From the IMG/VR virus record IMGVR_UViG_3300027782_000036: a DNA stretch of 64,000 nucleotides, one strand, 5' to 3'. Position 1 is the first letter of the stretch, and each line of letters starts with the position of its first letter. The notes under the pieces are model-generated. The model saw only the letters and a program-made list of their open reading frames with translations, had not been told where the DNA came from and made no database searches. The position numbers were made by a program, and so were the translations under genes. Below are positions 1 to 10,300 of the stretch, piece after piece. The DNA is from a virus.

Positions 1-1365
1 GTGTTGGGTAAACAATTGACAGATGGCAATATTGTTAGAGTTTCTTATGTTGTAACTAAAGGTAGTAGTTCTCTTGGTGCAAACAATTTTGTGTTGTTAG
101 ATACAATTAGTGGTAGTGGTGTACCAACAATCTATCCGCTGACAGGTGCGACAAACGGTTCAGATAAAGAATCAATCGACTCAATTAAATATACTGCACC
201 TAAAGCTTATTCAGCACAAGGTCGTGCAGTAACAATTGAAGATTATATTTCTGTTTTACAAAATAACAAAATTGGACTTACATTTGATTCTGTGAATGTA
301 TGGGGTGGCGTTGATTATACTACTCCAGCATTTGGTCAAGTATTCATTTCATTAAAACCAAGTGGTGCTTATAATATTACTGATACACAAAAACAAAGAT
401 TAATTAATGATGTATTGAAACCTGTTTCTGTGGTTACAGTTACACCAACTATTATTGATCCAGATTATACATATCTAAAAGTAACAGCGGATGTTGTATA
501 CGAACAAAAGAATACTAGTTTAACATCAGCGCAAATTCATGAAAATGTAAAAACGGCTGTTAGAAATTTTAGTAATGCTTCATTGAATACATTTAATTCA
601 TTATTTGATATGTCTGATTTATCAGCTGCAATTAAAGATGTTGATTCTTCTATTATTGCAACACAAGTTGATATTAAAGTTCAGAAAAAGTTTTACCCTA
701 TTTTAGGCATACATAAAAATTATATACTTAATTATGGTGTGGCATTAGAAAGAGGAGTATTTACTGCTGGTATTGTATCTTATCCAACTATTAAATATTA
801 TACAGATAATGGAGAATTAACGTTAATTAATGATGTATATCTTGAAGAAGTTCCTTTCCCTTCATCTGGTGTTGAATCTATTAATATATTAAACATTGGT
901 TTTGGTTATACTGAAAATCCAATAATTATTATTACTGGTGATGGTGAAGGTGCTACCGCTACTGCATCTGTGGTTAATGGAAGTATTTCTAAAATTAATG
1001 TCACAAATTCAGGCAATAACTATACACAAGCTATTGTTACTATCCAAAATTCTCCTACAGATACAAATGGTAACTCAGGTTCAGCGTATGCTGTTTTAAA
1101 AGGTCAATATGGTAAATTAAGAAGTTATTATTATGATTTTAATAATAAGAAAACTATTTTAAATGATAATCTTGCTACTGTTGATTATTATAATGGAATT
1201 GTAACTTTTATTAATTTTAATCCTAACGATATAAATGATCCTTTAGGACAATTAACTATAACTGCAACACCAAAAATAACTATTATTGAATCTACAAAAA
1301 ATAGAATTGTTTCTATCGATGAGTTTGATCCTAATGCCGTTGTCGTAAATGTAACTGCAAAGTAA
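1..1365 (+). CDS. gp6: Baseplate wedge subunit gp6 (5'-truncated by the window)
   Basis: Motif ESIDSIKYTAPKAYSAQGRAVTIEDY...VWGG...FGQVFISLKP is typical of gp6/baseplate J-like proteins; lies upstream of gp7-like and gp8 genes. Confidence 0.88.
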   Translation: MLGKQLTDGNIVRVSYVVTKGSSSLGANNFVLLDTISGSGVPTIYPLTGATNGSDKESIDSIKYTAPKAYSAQGRAVTIEDYISVLQNNKIGLTFDSVNVWGGVDYTTPAFGQVFISLKPSGAYNITDTQKQRLINDVLKPVSVVTVTPTIIDPDYTYLKVTADVVYEQKNTSLTSAQIHENVKTAVRNFSNASLNTFNSLFDMSDLSAAIKDVDSSIIATQVDIKVQKKFYPILGIHKNYILNYGVALERGVFTAGIVSYPTIKYYTDNGELTLINDVYLEEVPFPSSGVESINILNIGFGYTENPIIIITGDGEGATATASVVNGSISKINVTNSGNNYTQAIVTIQNSPTDTNGNSGSAYAVLKGQYGKLRSYYYDFNNKKTILNDNLATVDYYNGIVTFINFNPNDINDPLGQLTITATPKITIIESTKNRIVSIDEFDPNAVVVNVTAK

Positions 1366-1366
1366 A

Positions 1367-4300
1367 ATGATACCAAATAATTATAAAACATCATTAAGAA
1401 TACCATCTCAACTTCCCGAATTTGTTCGGGACGATGTGAACTATGAAACCTTTGTTTCATTTGTTGAGGCATATTATGAATGGTTAGAATTAGCTAATAC
1501 AGCAAACGCCAATACTACTATAGCATCAACTTCAGGTGAAGGTGTTACTTACGCCTCTAAAAACTTATCAAACTATTCTGATGTAGATTCTACACTTGAT
1601 GGGTTTTTAAAATATTACATAAATGATTTTCTACCATACTTCCCAGAAGATGCTTTAGCAGATAAAACTAAAGTATTAAAAATAGCAAAACAATTATATC
1701 AAGCCAAAGGCACGCCGGCTTCTTTTAGACTATTATTCAGATTGTTGTATAATTCAAGTGCTGAAATACTAATGACAGGTGATTTAGTGTTTCGTGCTTC
1801 TGCTGGTGATTGGTACGTTCCTAAATATTTAAAAATTAGAGGAGACATTTCACTCTGGCTTACTGCTGGCATGGAAAGTTACAGAGTATTTGGTTTAAGA
1901 TCAAAATCATTTGCTACTATTGAGAAGGTTTTATTAGATGGTACAAAATGTAATGTTTATATTTCAAATATTCAGAGATTGTTTGAATCTGGAGAAGATG
2001 TAATTGTTGTTGATTCAAATAATCAAACCGTATATGTTAAAGATGGTGAAATTTTAAATAATCCGGTTGTTGGATCAGAAACCGTTACAGGTAAAGTTGT
2101 AGGTGCTTTATCATCTATTAGCATTAATCCTAAATTTAGAGGACTAACCTATAATGTTGGTGATCCTGTTGTTGTATATGGTGGATTATCATCTAATACT
2201 TTACCTAGTGCAACCGCTGAGATTTCAGAAGTCACAAAAGGTTCTATACAAAGAATTAATGTGTTAGACGGTGGTTTTGGTTATATTCCAGGTGAAGCTA
2301 CTATTAATTTTGCTACTTTTTCAAATACAACTATTAATTTTTTAAATAATGGTGGCGCTCTTGCACATGTTGGTACGTTTGATACAACTCCTGGTTCCAA
2401 TTCTACAATCAGTTCTGTTATCACCGATAGAATATCAGTAAAACAAAATATCATATTATCAAATTCTAATTACTTTTTCTCAAATAGTAACACAACATCA
2501 TCTGTAAATACAAATACAAGATTGGTCGATGCCTTTAGTTATTATGAAACAATAGGTTATCCTATAGATACCGTTATTGTAGATAATGGTGGTGGTGGTT
2601 TTTCACAATTACCTATAGCTATAGCTAAATCACATTTTTATGATGTTGATACTGGTGGTATTCATAATTTAGATAATTTTGGTCAATTAGCACCTATTGA
2701 AATTATACATCCAGGTTTAGGTTATAAAGTTAATGATAGAATAACTATTGACGGTGGCCGAGGATGGGGCGCTACAGCTAATGTTAAAACTGTAGATGCT
2801 AGTGGTTCAATTACATCAGTTGAATATGTTCGATACGAAGAATTTGACAAAATTTATCCAATAGGTGGAATGGGATATCAACCTGAAGATATTTTAGGTG
2901 AAGGTTTATCACCTCAATTATCTTGTAGTGTAAGTTCAAATGTTGCCGTGAGTTCTATTTCTCAAGGTGATTTTGATTTATGGGAAATTGTATTTCAATC
3001 TCCAGATTATACAATAGCTAATGCTACTTTTGGTGGTATCGTAAATGGAATTGACACAACGAAGAAAGCATTAAAAATATACAACGTTCAAGGAACTTTA
3101 GACAATACTTATCCTATTATTGGTGTCAATAATGGAAATACCGTTATGGCTACATCTAATTCAGTATCAGGTATTGCCGCTGAATTATTTGTTCCTGGCA
3201 TATTAGGTTATGGTGCTGAGTTTCAATTAACAACTGATCGAATTGGTTCTGTCACTAAAATTAAAATTACTGATGCTGGTGAAGATTATATTTCAAACCC
3301 ACAAATATCTTTACGAGTTCAAGATTTGTGTGTAACAGGTGTTAATGGTATTGAATATATAACTCCTGGTTCATTAATATTTCAAGGTCAAGATGCTAAC
3401 AATTCTACTTATGTTTCATATGTGGATAGAATTACTCCTATAGATGATTTAGGGGCTGTGGTTAATAACACTTATAATTTGAGAGTTTACAATTACACTA
3501 CCACTCCATCATTATATGATCCAACTAATTCAGCTAATACTATAATACAAGTTGGTGGTTTAGTTGATGCTAGTGCAAACATGATTTTAACAATCACAAA
3601 AGATGTAAGTTTAGGTTATTCAAATGGCGTAAAAAAATATGGTGATGGTAATGCTCGTGCCTCTTCTAAATTCTTAAATGGTCTAATATTTGGCCAAGGT
3701 ATCTACTTAGATACTAAAGGTCAACCAAGTTCATTTTCAGTATTACAAAGTAGAAACTATAACGATTATACTTATGTATTATCAGTAGAACAACCCATTT
3801 CAAAATATAGACAGATACTCAAAAACTTATTACATCCGGCTGGTATGAAAGTTATTGGCCGTGATTTATTAAATAGTCAAAAAGCGTTTGGTGTTAAACA
3901 TGATTCAGGAACATCATTAATCAAACCATTGCAATATTGGGCTAATTGGCCAGTGGGTAATCCATATGCTCGTGTGACTATGAATGTATCTGGTATTATT
4001 GCTAACTCCATGATTAAAATTGTTTCTGGTGGTACAGGATATTCACCAAGCACAACCGTATCAATTAATGCTATTGATGGTCGTGGTACGGGTGCAACCG
4101 CAGTTGCTAATATTGCCAACGGCGCAATTGTGTCTATTGATGTTACTGCACCAGGTAAAGATTATATTCTTAATCCGGTTATTACTATTTCTGATCCAAC
4201 AACTCGTGGTGGTAATTCAAATGCTTCGGTAACTGTTTCTGTGGATTTATCATCCAATGTGATGATTATCCAAAACATGAATGGTGGTGGTCTCGAACCA

Positions 4301-4849
4301 GTAACTCAAAATACACATTGGATTACTGTATATCCAGAACAAACTGGTGGTAATTGTAAAGTTTATTCTACCACAAAAGAATATGATGACGCAAATTCTA
4401 TTATTATTTTAGAAGATGATACCTTCTTAACGTTCCCTAATATCATTTATGGCCATGCTAATACCAATAATGTAGCTATCAATATTGCTGAATTTAGTGT
4501 GGCAAATACTCCTGTTTATGATATTATTAATAATGGCGAATATAGTAACACTAAAAATCATTTAGTAGATATAATCTATCCTGGTGATAATCTGACCGTG
4601 GCTGGTAATACTTACGTTATTCAGGCTGTTGATTATTACGCACATCTGATTTATATTTTAAATAATCAAGCTGTATTAGATACTCAAGACGGAAATCAAA
4701 TATTGACGGAAGATGGTGTTCCAGGTAACTCCAATAACATAATTGTTGGCGCTTATACATTATCTTTTGGAACTCTAGAAAATCCTGTTCCAATGACGAT
4801 AAATAGAAGTATATCTACGGGTAACGTATTCATTAAAGCATTAATATAA
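1367..4849 (+). CDS. gp7: Baseplate wedge initiator, gp7-like
   Basis: N-terminal IPSQLPEFVR...FVEAYYEWLE, then LYQAKGTPASFRLLFRLLY and YNDYTYVL...LLHPAGMK; sits between gp6 and gp8. Confidence 0.7.
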   Translation: MIPNNYKTSLRIPSQLPEFVRDDVNYETFVSFVEAYYEWLELANTANANTTIASTSGEGVTYASKNLSNYSDVDSTLDGFLKYYINDFLPYFPEDALADKTKVLKIAKQLYQAKGTPASFRLLFRLLYNSSAEILMTGDLVFRASAGDWYVPKYLKIRGDISLWLTAGMESYRVFGLRSKSFATIEKVLLDGTKCNVYISNIQRLFESGEDVIVVDSNNQTVYVKDGEILNNPVVGSETVTGKVVGALSSISINPKFRGLTYNVGDPVVVYGGLSSNTLPSATAEISEVTKGSIQRINVLDGGFGYIPGEATINFATFSNTTINFLNNGGALAHVGTFDTTPGSNSTISSVITDRISVKQNIILSNSNYFFSNSNTTSSVNTNTRLVDAFSYYETIGYPIDTVIVDNGGGGFSQLPIAIAKSHFYDVDTGGIHNLDNFGQLAPIEIIHPGLGYKVNDRITIDGGRGWGATANVKTVDASGSITSVEYVRYEEFDKIYPIGGMGYQPEDILGEGLSPQLSCSVSSNVAVSSISQGDFDLWEIVFQSPDYTIANATFGGIVNGIDTTKKALKIYNVQGTLDNTYPIIGVNNGNTVMATSNSVSGIAAELFVPGILGYGAEFQLTTDRIGSVTKIKITDAGEDYISNPQISLRVQDLCVTGVNGIEYITPGSLIFQGQDANNSTYVSYVDRITPIDDLGAVVNNTYNLRVYNYTTTPSLYDPTNSANTIIQVGGLVDASANMILTITKDVSLGYSNGVKKYGDGNARASSKFLNGLIFGQGIYLDTKGQPSSFSVLQSRNYNDYTYVLSVEQPISKYRQILKNLLHPAGMKVIGRDLLNSQKAFGVKHDSGTSLIKPLQYWANWPVGNPYARVTMNVSGIIANSMIKIVSGGTGYSPSTTVSINAIDGRGTGATAVANIANGAIVSIDVTAPGKDYILNPVITISDPTTRGGNSNASVTVSVDLSSNVMIIQNMNGGGLEPVTQNTHWITVYPEQTGGNCKVYSTTKEYDDANSIIILEDDTFLTFPNIIYGHANTNNVAINIAEFSVANTPVYDIINNGEYSNTKNHLVDIIYPGDNLTVAGNTYVIQAVDYYAHLIYILNNQAVLDTQDGNQILTEDGVPGNSNNIIVGAYTLSFGTLENPVPMTINRSISTGNVFIKALI
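4798..4805 (+). promoter_or_regulatory. Putative T4-type late promoter (GATAAATA)
   Basis: NATAAATA variant ~60 nt upstream of the 4867 start, inside the gp7 3' end. Confidence 0.45.
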
Positions 4850-4866
4850 GAAATATAGGACTTTAA

Positions 4867-5985
4867 ATGGCTAATATTAAATTAACCGAACTAACAGAAT
4901 TAACAACATCGAATAACACCAATACCATATTTTATGTGGCAAATTTGGCTGTTAGTCCAAATGTATCTCATTACATTAGATTGGGAACTTTCACTTCTGA
5001 TAATGCGATTGCTTATGTAGCTTTTGCTCATGCTAATTCAGCTTTTCTAAGAGCAAATACAGCACTATCAGTAGGTTGGAATGCAAATATAGCATTTAAT
5101 CAAGCCAATTCAGCATATAATCAAGCTAATGCAACATTCAACCAAGCTAATAATGCAGCCTCATTTGCCAATGGTGCTTTTGTTACTGCTAATAGTTCGG
5201 CTTCATTTGCTAATGGTGCTTTTACATCTGCTAACGTTTCTCAAGCAATCAATAATACTCAAAATACAAACATTAGCTCAGCTCAATCATTTGCCAATGG
5301 TGCTTTTACTAGAGCTAACTCATCTTATGGCTTTGCTAATCTTGCTTACAACCATGCTAATTCTGCTTATGATTTTGCTAATACTATTTCAGGAAGTGGT
5401 GCTTTTGATCGAGCTAATGCCGCTTTTGCACAAGCAAATAATGCTTTCAATGTAACTAATGTTGCTTTTAATACGGCAAATTCAGCAGCTTCATTTGCTA
5501 ATGGTGCTTTTACTAAAGCGAATAATTCTGTATTAAAAACAGGTGATGCTATTTCTGGTATTGTAACTGCACCAACGGCAGCAAATAATTCAAGCAACAC
5601 AATGTTGGCAACAACTAGATATGTTGATAATGCTGTTAAAAATGCCATTACTCCTGGTGTAATAAAAGCTTATGCTACTGTAGCTATTTCAGGATCTATA
5701 GCCTCTTTAGAAAGAGGATTTAATATTTCTTCAGTATCACGATTAGGTACAGGACGTTATCAAATTAACTTTACAACTTTAATGGCCACCACATCATACG
5801 TTGTTACTGGTGCAGTATCTACATATAATCCAGGGGATTCAGGCGCTAATAGAAATTTTGATCACACAATTAATATTGAAGCAACAACTACATCTGCAGT
5901 TATAGTTAATACTGGTGATCCAGGAGTTAATCCTAATAATACCCCACATGATGTAGCTAAAATTTGGATAATGATAGTAGAATAG
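4867..5985 (+). CDS. Short fibre/appendage protein with Ala-Asn heptad repeats
   Basis: ANxAxxx heptads, fibre motif TAPTAA...ATTRYVD, C-terminal beta domain (NISSVSRLGTGRYQINF). Confidence 0.6.
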   Translation: MANIKLTELTELTTSNNTNTIFYVANLAVSPNVSHYIRLGTFTSDNAIAYVAFAHANSAFLRANTALSVGWNANIAFNQANSAYNQANATFNQANNAASFANGAFVTANSSASFANGAFTSANVSQAINNTQNTNISSAQSFANGAFTRANSSYGFANLAYNHANSAYDFANTISGSGAFDRANAAFAQANNAFNVTNVAFNTANSAASFANGAFTKANNSVLKTGDAISGIVTAPTAANNSSNTMLATTRYVDNAVKNAITPGVIKAYATVAISGSIASLERGFNISSVSRLGTGRYQINFTTLMATTSYVVTGAVSTYNPGDSGANRNFDHTINIEATTTSAVIVNTGDPGVNPNNTPHDVAKIWIMIVE

Positions 5986-5992
5986 GAAAAAT

Positions 5993-7375
5993 ATGTCAGC
6001 GAATACAGGAGTAGTCACCCACGGTGGTGCAACACATGAAGTTCAACAATATTATGATTCAGTTATTGTTCAGCTTCCAGATACTAATGTTACTAAAACA
6101 ACTAAGTATTGTTTTTTGTCTAGAGTTGATCCATGGGATGATCCTAATACGGAAGCTAATGAAGAAAATTTTCCACCAACACCATCATTAAGTCAAAAAA
6201 GTATCAATGATGTGTTTAAAAATATGTTTGTTATCAAACGTGTTTATCCACAAGATATGCGACCAATGATTGACCGTATCGACTGGATTACCGGATTTAA
6301 TTATGACATGTATCGAGATGATATTGATATTATTGCTCGTAATTCTAATGGTTATATGATTTATAAATTTTATGTAAAAAATAGATTTGATCAAGTATTT
6401 AAATGTTTATGGAATAATAACGGTGGTACTTCTACTGATGAACCTTATTTTCAACCAGGTACTTTAAATGCTAGTGGAATTTATACAGGCGCAGATGGTT
6501 ACAAATGGGTTTATATCTATACTATTGATGCAGCTTTAAAACAAAGATTTTTAGATGATGATTGGATGCCAACACCTTTAGCAATTCCAGCTGGTATTGG
6601 TGCAAATACAGTAAATTCTGGTAATGTTCCTGTTGTTAATCCTATAGTTAGGGGTTCAGGTTATGCATCCAACACAATTATTAAAATTATTGGTGCAAAT
6701 ACAAGACCGGCAGTCGCCACGGCTATAATTGAAAACGGCGAAATTGTTGATTATGTTGTCACTGATGCAGGTGAAGGATATACAAGTGCTAATGTGCAAA
6801 TCATTTCTACAACAGGTAGTGGTGCTATTGCTAGTGCTAATGTATCACCTATAGGTGGCCATGGTTCTGATCCATTTGAAGAATTTGGTGTTCAAAATAT
6901 TATGGTCACTAATACATTTACTGAAGATGAAGCTAGTTTAATACCGACAGATATTAATTATCGCCAAATCGGATTTGTTATTAATCCTGTTGCGAGGAGT
7001 GCTTTTCCTAATCAATGTCAGAAACCAATATATTCAACCACTACCGATTTGGTAGTTTCAAATGGTTTTGATTTTTATACATCCGATGAAGTTGTATATC
7101 AAGGAACTGATTTAGCTAATGCTACATTTAGTGGAACATGTTTAAGTTTTAATAATGATACCAATGTATTAAGGCTCATAAATACAACTGGAACAGCATC
7201 AAATGGTTTTACACTTATTGGTGAAACAACAGGAACTACCAGAACAGTTTTAAATGTATCTCTACCTGATTATATTCCTTATTCAGGATACATCACATAC
7301 ATAGAGAATAGAGCTGGAACACAAAGAAGTTCGGATGGTTCTGAGCAAGTTAGATTAGTTGTAGGATTTAATTAA
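5993..7375 (+). CDS. gp8: Baseplate wedge subunit gp8
   Basis: RIDWITG...YDMYRDD, FYVKN...QVFKCLWNN, DGYKWVYIY, SPIGGHGSDP and YRQIG motifs of T4-like gp8. Confidence 0.85.
   Translation: MSANTGVVTHGGATHEVQQYYDSVIVQLPDTNVTKTTKYCFLSRVDPWDDPNTEANEENFPPTPSLSQKSINDVFKNMFVIKRVYPQDMRPMIDRIDWITGFNYDMYRDDIDIIARNSNGYMIYKFYVKNRFDQVFKCLWNNNGGTSTDEPYFQPGTLNASGIYTGADGYKWVYIYTIDAALKQRFLDDDWMPTPLAIPAGIGANTVNSGNVPVVNPIVRGSGYASNTIIKIIGANTRPAVATAIIENGEIVDYVVTDAGEGYTSANVQIISTTGSGAIASANVSPIGGHGSDPFEEFGVQNIMVTNTFTEDEASLIPTDINYRQIGFVINPVARSAFPNQCQKPIYSTTTDLVVSNGFDFYTSDEVVYQGTDLANATFSGTCLSFNNDTNVLRLINTTGTASNGFTLIGETTGTTRTVLNVSLPDYIPYSGYITYIENRAGTQRSSDGSEQVRLVVGFN
7177..7184 (+). promoter_or_regulatory. Putative late promoter (CATAAATA) for the VrlC-like gene
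   Basis: NATAAATA inside gp8, ~200 nt upstream of 7386. Confidence 0.4.
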
Positions 7376-7385
7376 AGGATAAAAA

Positions 7386-10300
7386 ATGGCACTAAATTTT
7401 AACGTTGATCCGTATTATGATGATTTTGATCCAAATAAGAATTTTCATAGGATTCTTTTTAAACCTGGATATGCGGTTCAAGCACGTGAATTAACACAAT
7501 CCCAAACAATCTTACAAGATCAAATCTCTAAGTTTGCTAGCCATATATTTCAAAAAAATACACCGGTATCTGGTGCTAAAGTTACTTACAATTTAAAAGC
7601 ACAATATATTAAAATTAATACCGAAATGAATGGTTCACCAGTAGATGTTGCACTGTTTGATGGTATTTTAATTCAAAATGCAACCGGCGATGCTATCGCT
7701 CGTGTTCTTGCTGTTGCAGAAGAAGGTGGTGGTGATCCTGCAACACTAGTGGTTTCTTACTTATCTGGTTCGCAGTTCCAAGATTCTGACGTTATCTATT
7801 CGGTAGACAATGTAAATCTACAATGTCAAGCTATTAATTTAAATGCTACTGGTAGTAGTTCAGTTGCTTCGATTTCAGAAGGTGTATTCTATGTTATTAA
7901 TGGTTTTGATCAATCATTAATAACCGAAACCACATATTCTATTGGCAACTTTGTTAATGTATTACCACAAACAGTCATTCTAGAAAAATACGGCGTAACT
8001 CCTTCTTTAAGAGTTGGTCTTAATATTATAGAAACAATCTATGATTATGTTGATGATGTGAGTCTATTGGATCCTGCCGATGGATCACCAAACTATCAAG
8101 GTCCTGGTGCAGATCGTTATGTGATTCAATTAGATTTAGAAACTCGTCCTTTATCACTAGGTGATGATGACGGTTTTATTGAGGTATTACGTGTAGAAAA
8201 TGGTAATATACTTAAACAAATTGACGGCACAGTTTATTCTACAATCGATGATTATTTTGCTAAAAGAACATTTGAAGAATCTGGTGATTACATTGTAAAC
8301 GATTTTAAATTAGCACCATCAGCCAATACAAATAACAATGATTATTATGATTTAAAAATTGGTAAAGGTGTAGCTTATGTTCACGGATATCGTTTAGAAA
8401 ATCAATCAGAATTTACAATCACATCGTCAAGATCAAGAACAAAGAAAAATATTAATAATGATCCAACACTTATTCAATATGGTAATTATTTTTATGTAGA
8501 CTCAGCAAATGGTATTCCAGATTCATCAACAATGCCTACTGTTGATTTTCATATTGTTCCTTCAGCAAGTATTAGCACGATTGCTACCTCAGCTAATGCG
8601 GCTACATATAATTCTACCGTGGTTGGTACTGCTAAACTTAGAGCTATTGATTTTGATCGTTTAGGTGGAACTTCAAGTCAAACATCACAATATATTTACA
8701 AAGCATATCTAACTGATATTACTAATACAACATTGTCTTCAAATGTTAGAGTTGGAAGCACATCAGCTAATGTTGCTTTGTTTGACATTACAGGTAAATT
8801 CTCAACAGTAAATGATGCTTACGTTGGTGTAACTCTTACAGTTGATTCTGGTACAAGTGCTGGTGACACACGTAAAGTTACAGCATACAATCCAACAACA
8901 AAAACTTTAACTGTTGATGCTCCATTTACAGTCACTTTAGACACCACATCTAATATAACTTTAAGATTTGCAATTAAAGATGTTGAATGTTTGATGAAAA
9001 TAAATCCAGCAAATTATAAAATTGCTGCAAATGCAAATATTAGCGTTCAAAGTAAAGATAATAATTTGGCTACTGGTAATACAGTATTGATTGAAGCTTC
9101 ATCCAATCCAGAATTAGTATATCAACTTGGTTATCCGTATGTAGCTAATACTTCAGGTACACTCTATGAAACAACTTATGTTTTTAGAAATCAAAGTTTT
9201 GGTGCTACGACAGCAACTTTAAATTTAGGTTCAGCTCCTTTTGCTTTTTTAAGCACAGACCCAACAGATTATATTATTGTTAATGAATCTACTGGCGCTA
9301 TCGGTAATACTGCATGTATCAATAGTGTATCTTTATCACTTGATCAAAAAACAGCAACATTAAATATAAAACCAGGTTCACAACTTGCGAGTATCACTGC
9401 TACAGTATCTACTAAAGTTTCTGTTACAGATGCTGATGATGCAAATTATATTCGTAGAGTTAAAAATTTAAATACAGCAAATACAATATATGCCAATACA
9501 ACAGGTACAAAAATTACTTTATCTGGTGCAACTACGGCTAATGGAAATGTATTTGTTTCTTTAGTTGATGGCCAAACATTAATTCAAGCAAATGCTATCA
9601 CATCAATATCAACAGGCCAATTATTATATGTTTCTGATGTTAAACGTATTGTAAAAATTATTGATACTTTATCAAAAGATACTTTACCAACAGATTCAAT
9701 GTTAGATAATAACGCACATAATGTTACACCATATTATTCTTTAGATAATGGTCAACGAGATAGTTATTATGGTCACGCATCTATTAAATTAAATCCAGGA
9801 AAACCTGCACCAAAAGGTGATTTGTTGGTTTTATTTGATTATTATGAACATTCAGCATCTCAAGGTGACGGTTATTTTTCTGTTGATTCATACTTAGCAC
9901 CATTATCAGCACAACCAGAATCTTATGCACAAATTCCAACATACACTGCTAAAAATGGTAGAATATATTCATTAAAAGATTGTTTAGATTTTAGACCAAA
10001 AGTCGTAAATGCTCAAACATCATTTACGTTTGGCATTCATAATGCTTATTCATATATTCCTGTTAATGGATCAGTATTTTATGCAGATTATAGTTATTAT
10101 TTGGCAAGAAAAGATAAACTTATTTTAAGTAAAGACAAGAATTTTCAAATTATTGAAGGTACTCCAGCAGTTACACCTTTATATCCAACCGAACCTGATG
10201 GTTCTTTAGTTATTGCTAATCTATCTTTAGATGCATATACGGCTTACGTTCCAGGTGAAGTGAGGAGTGGAATTTTACCTAATCTATCAATTGAAAAAGT

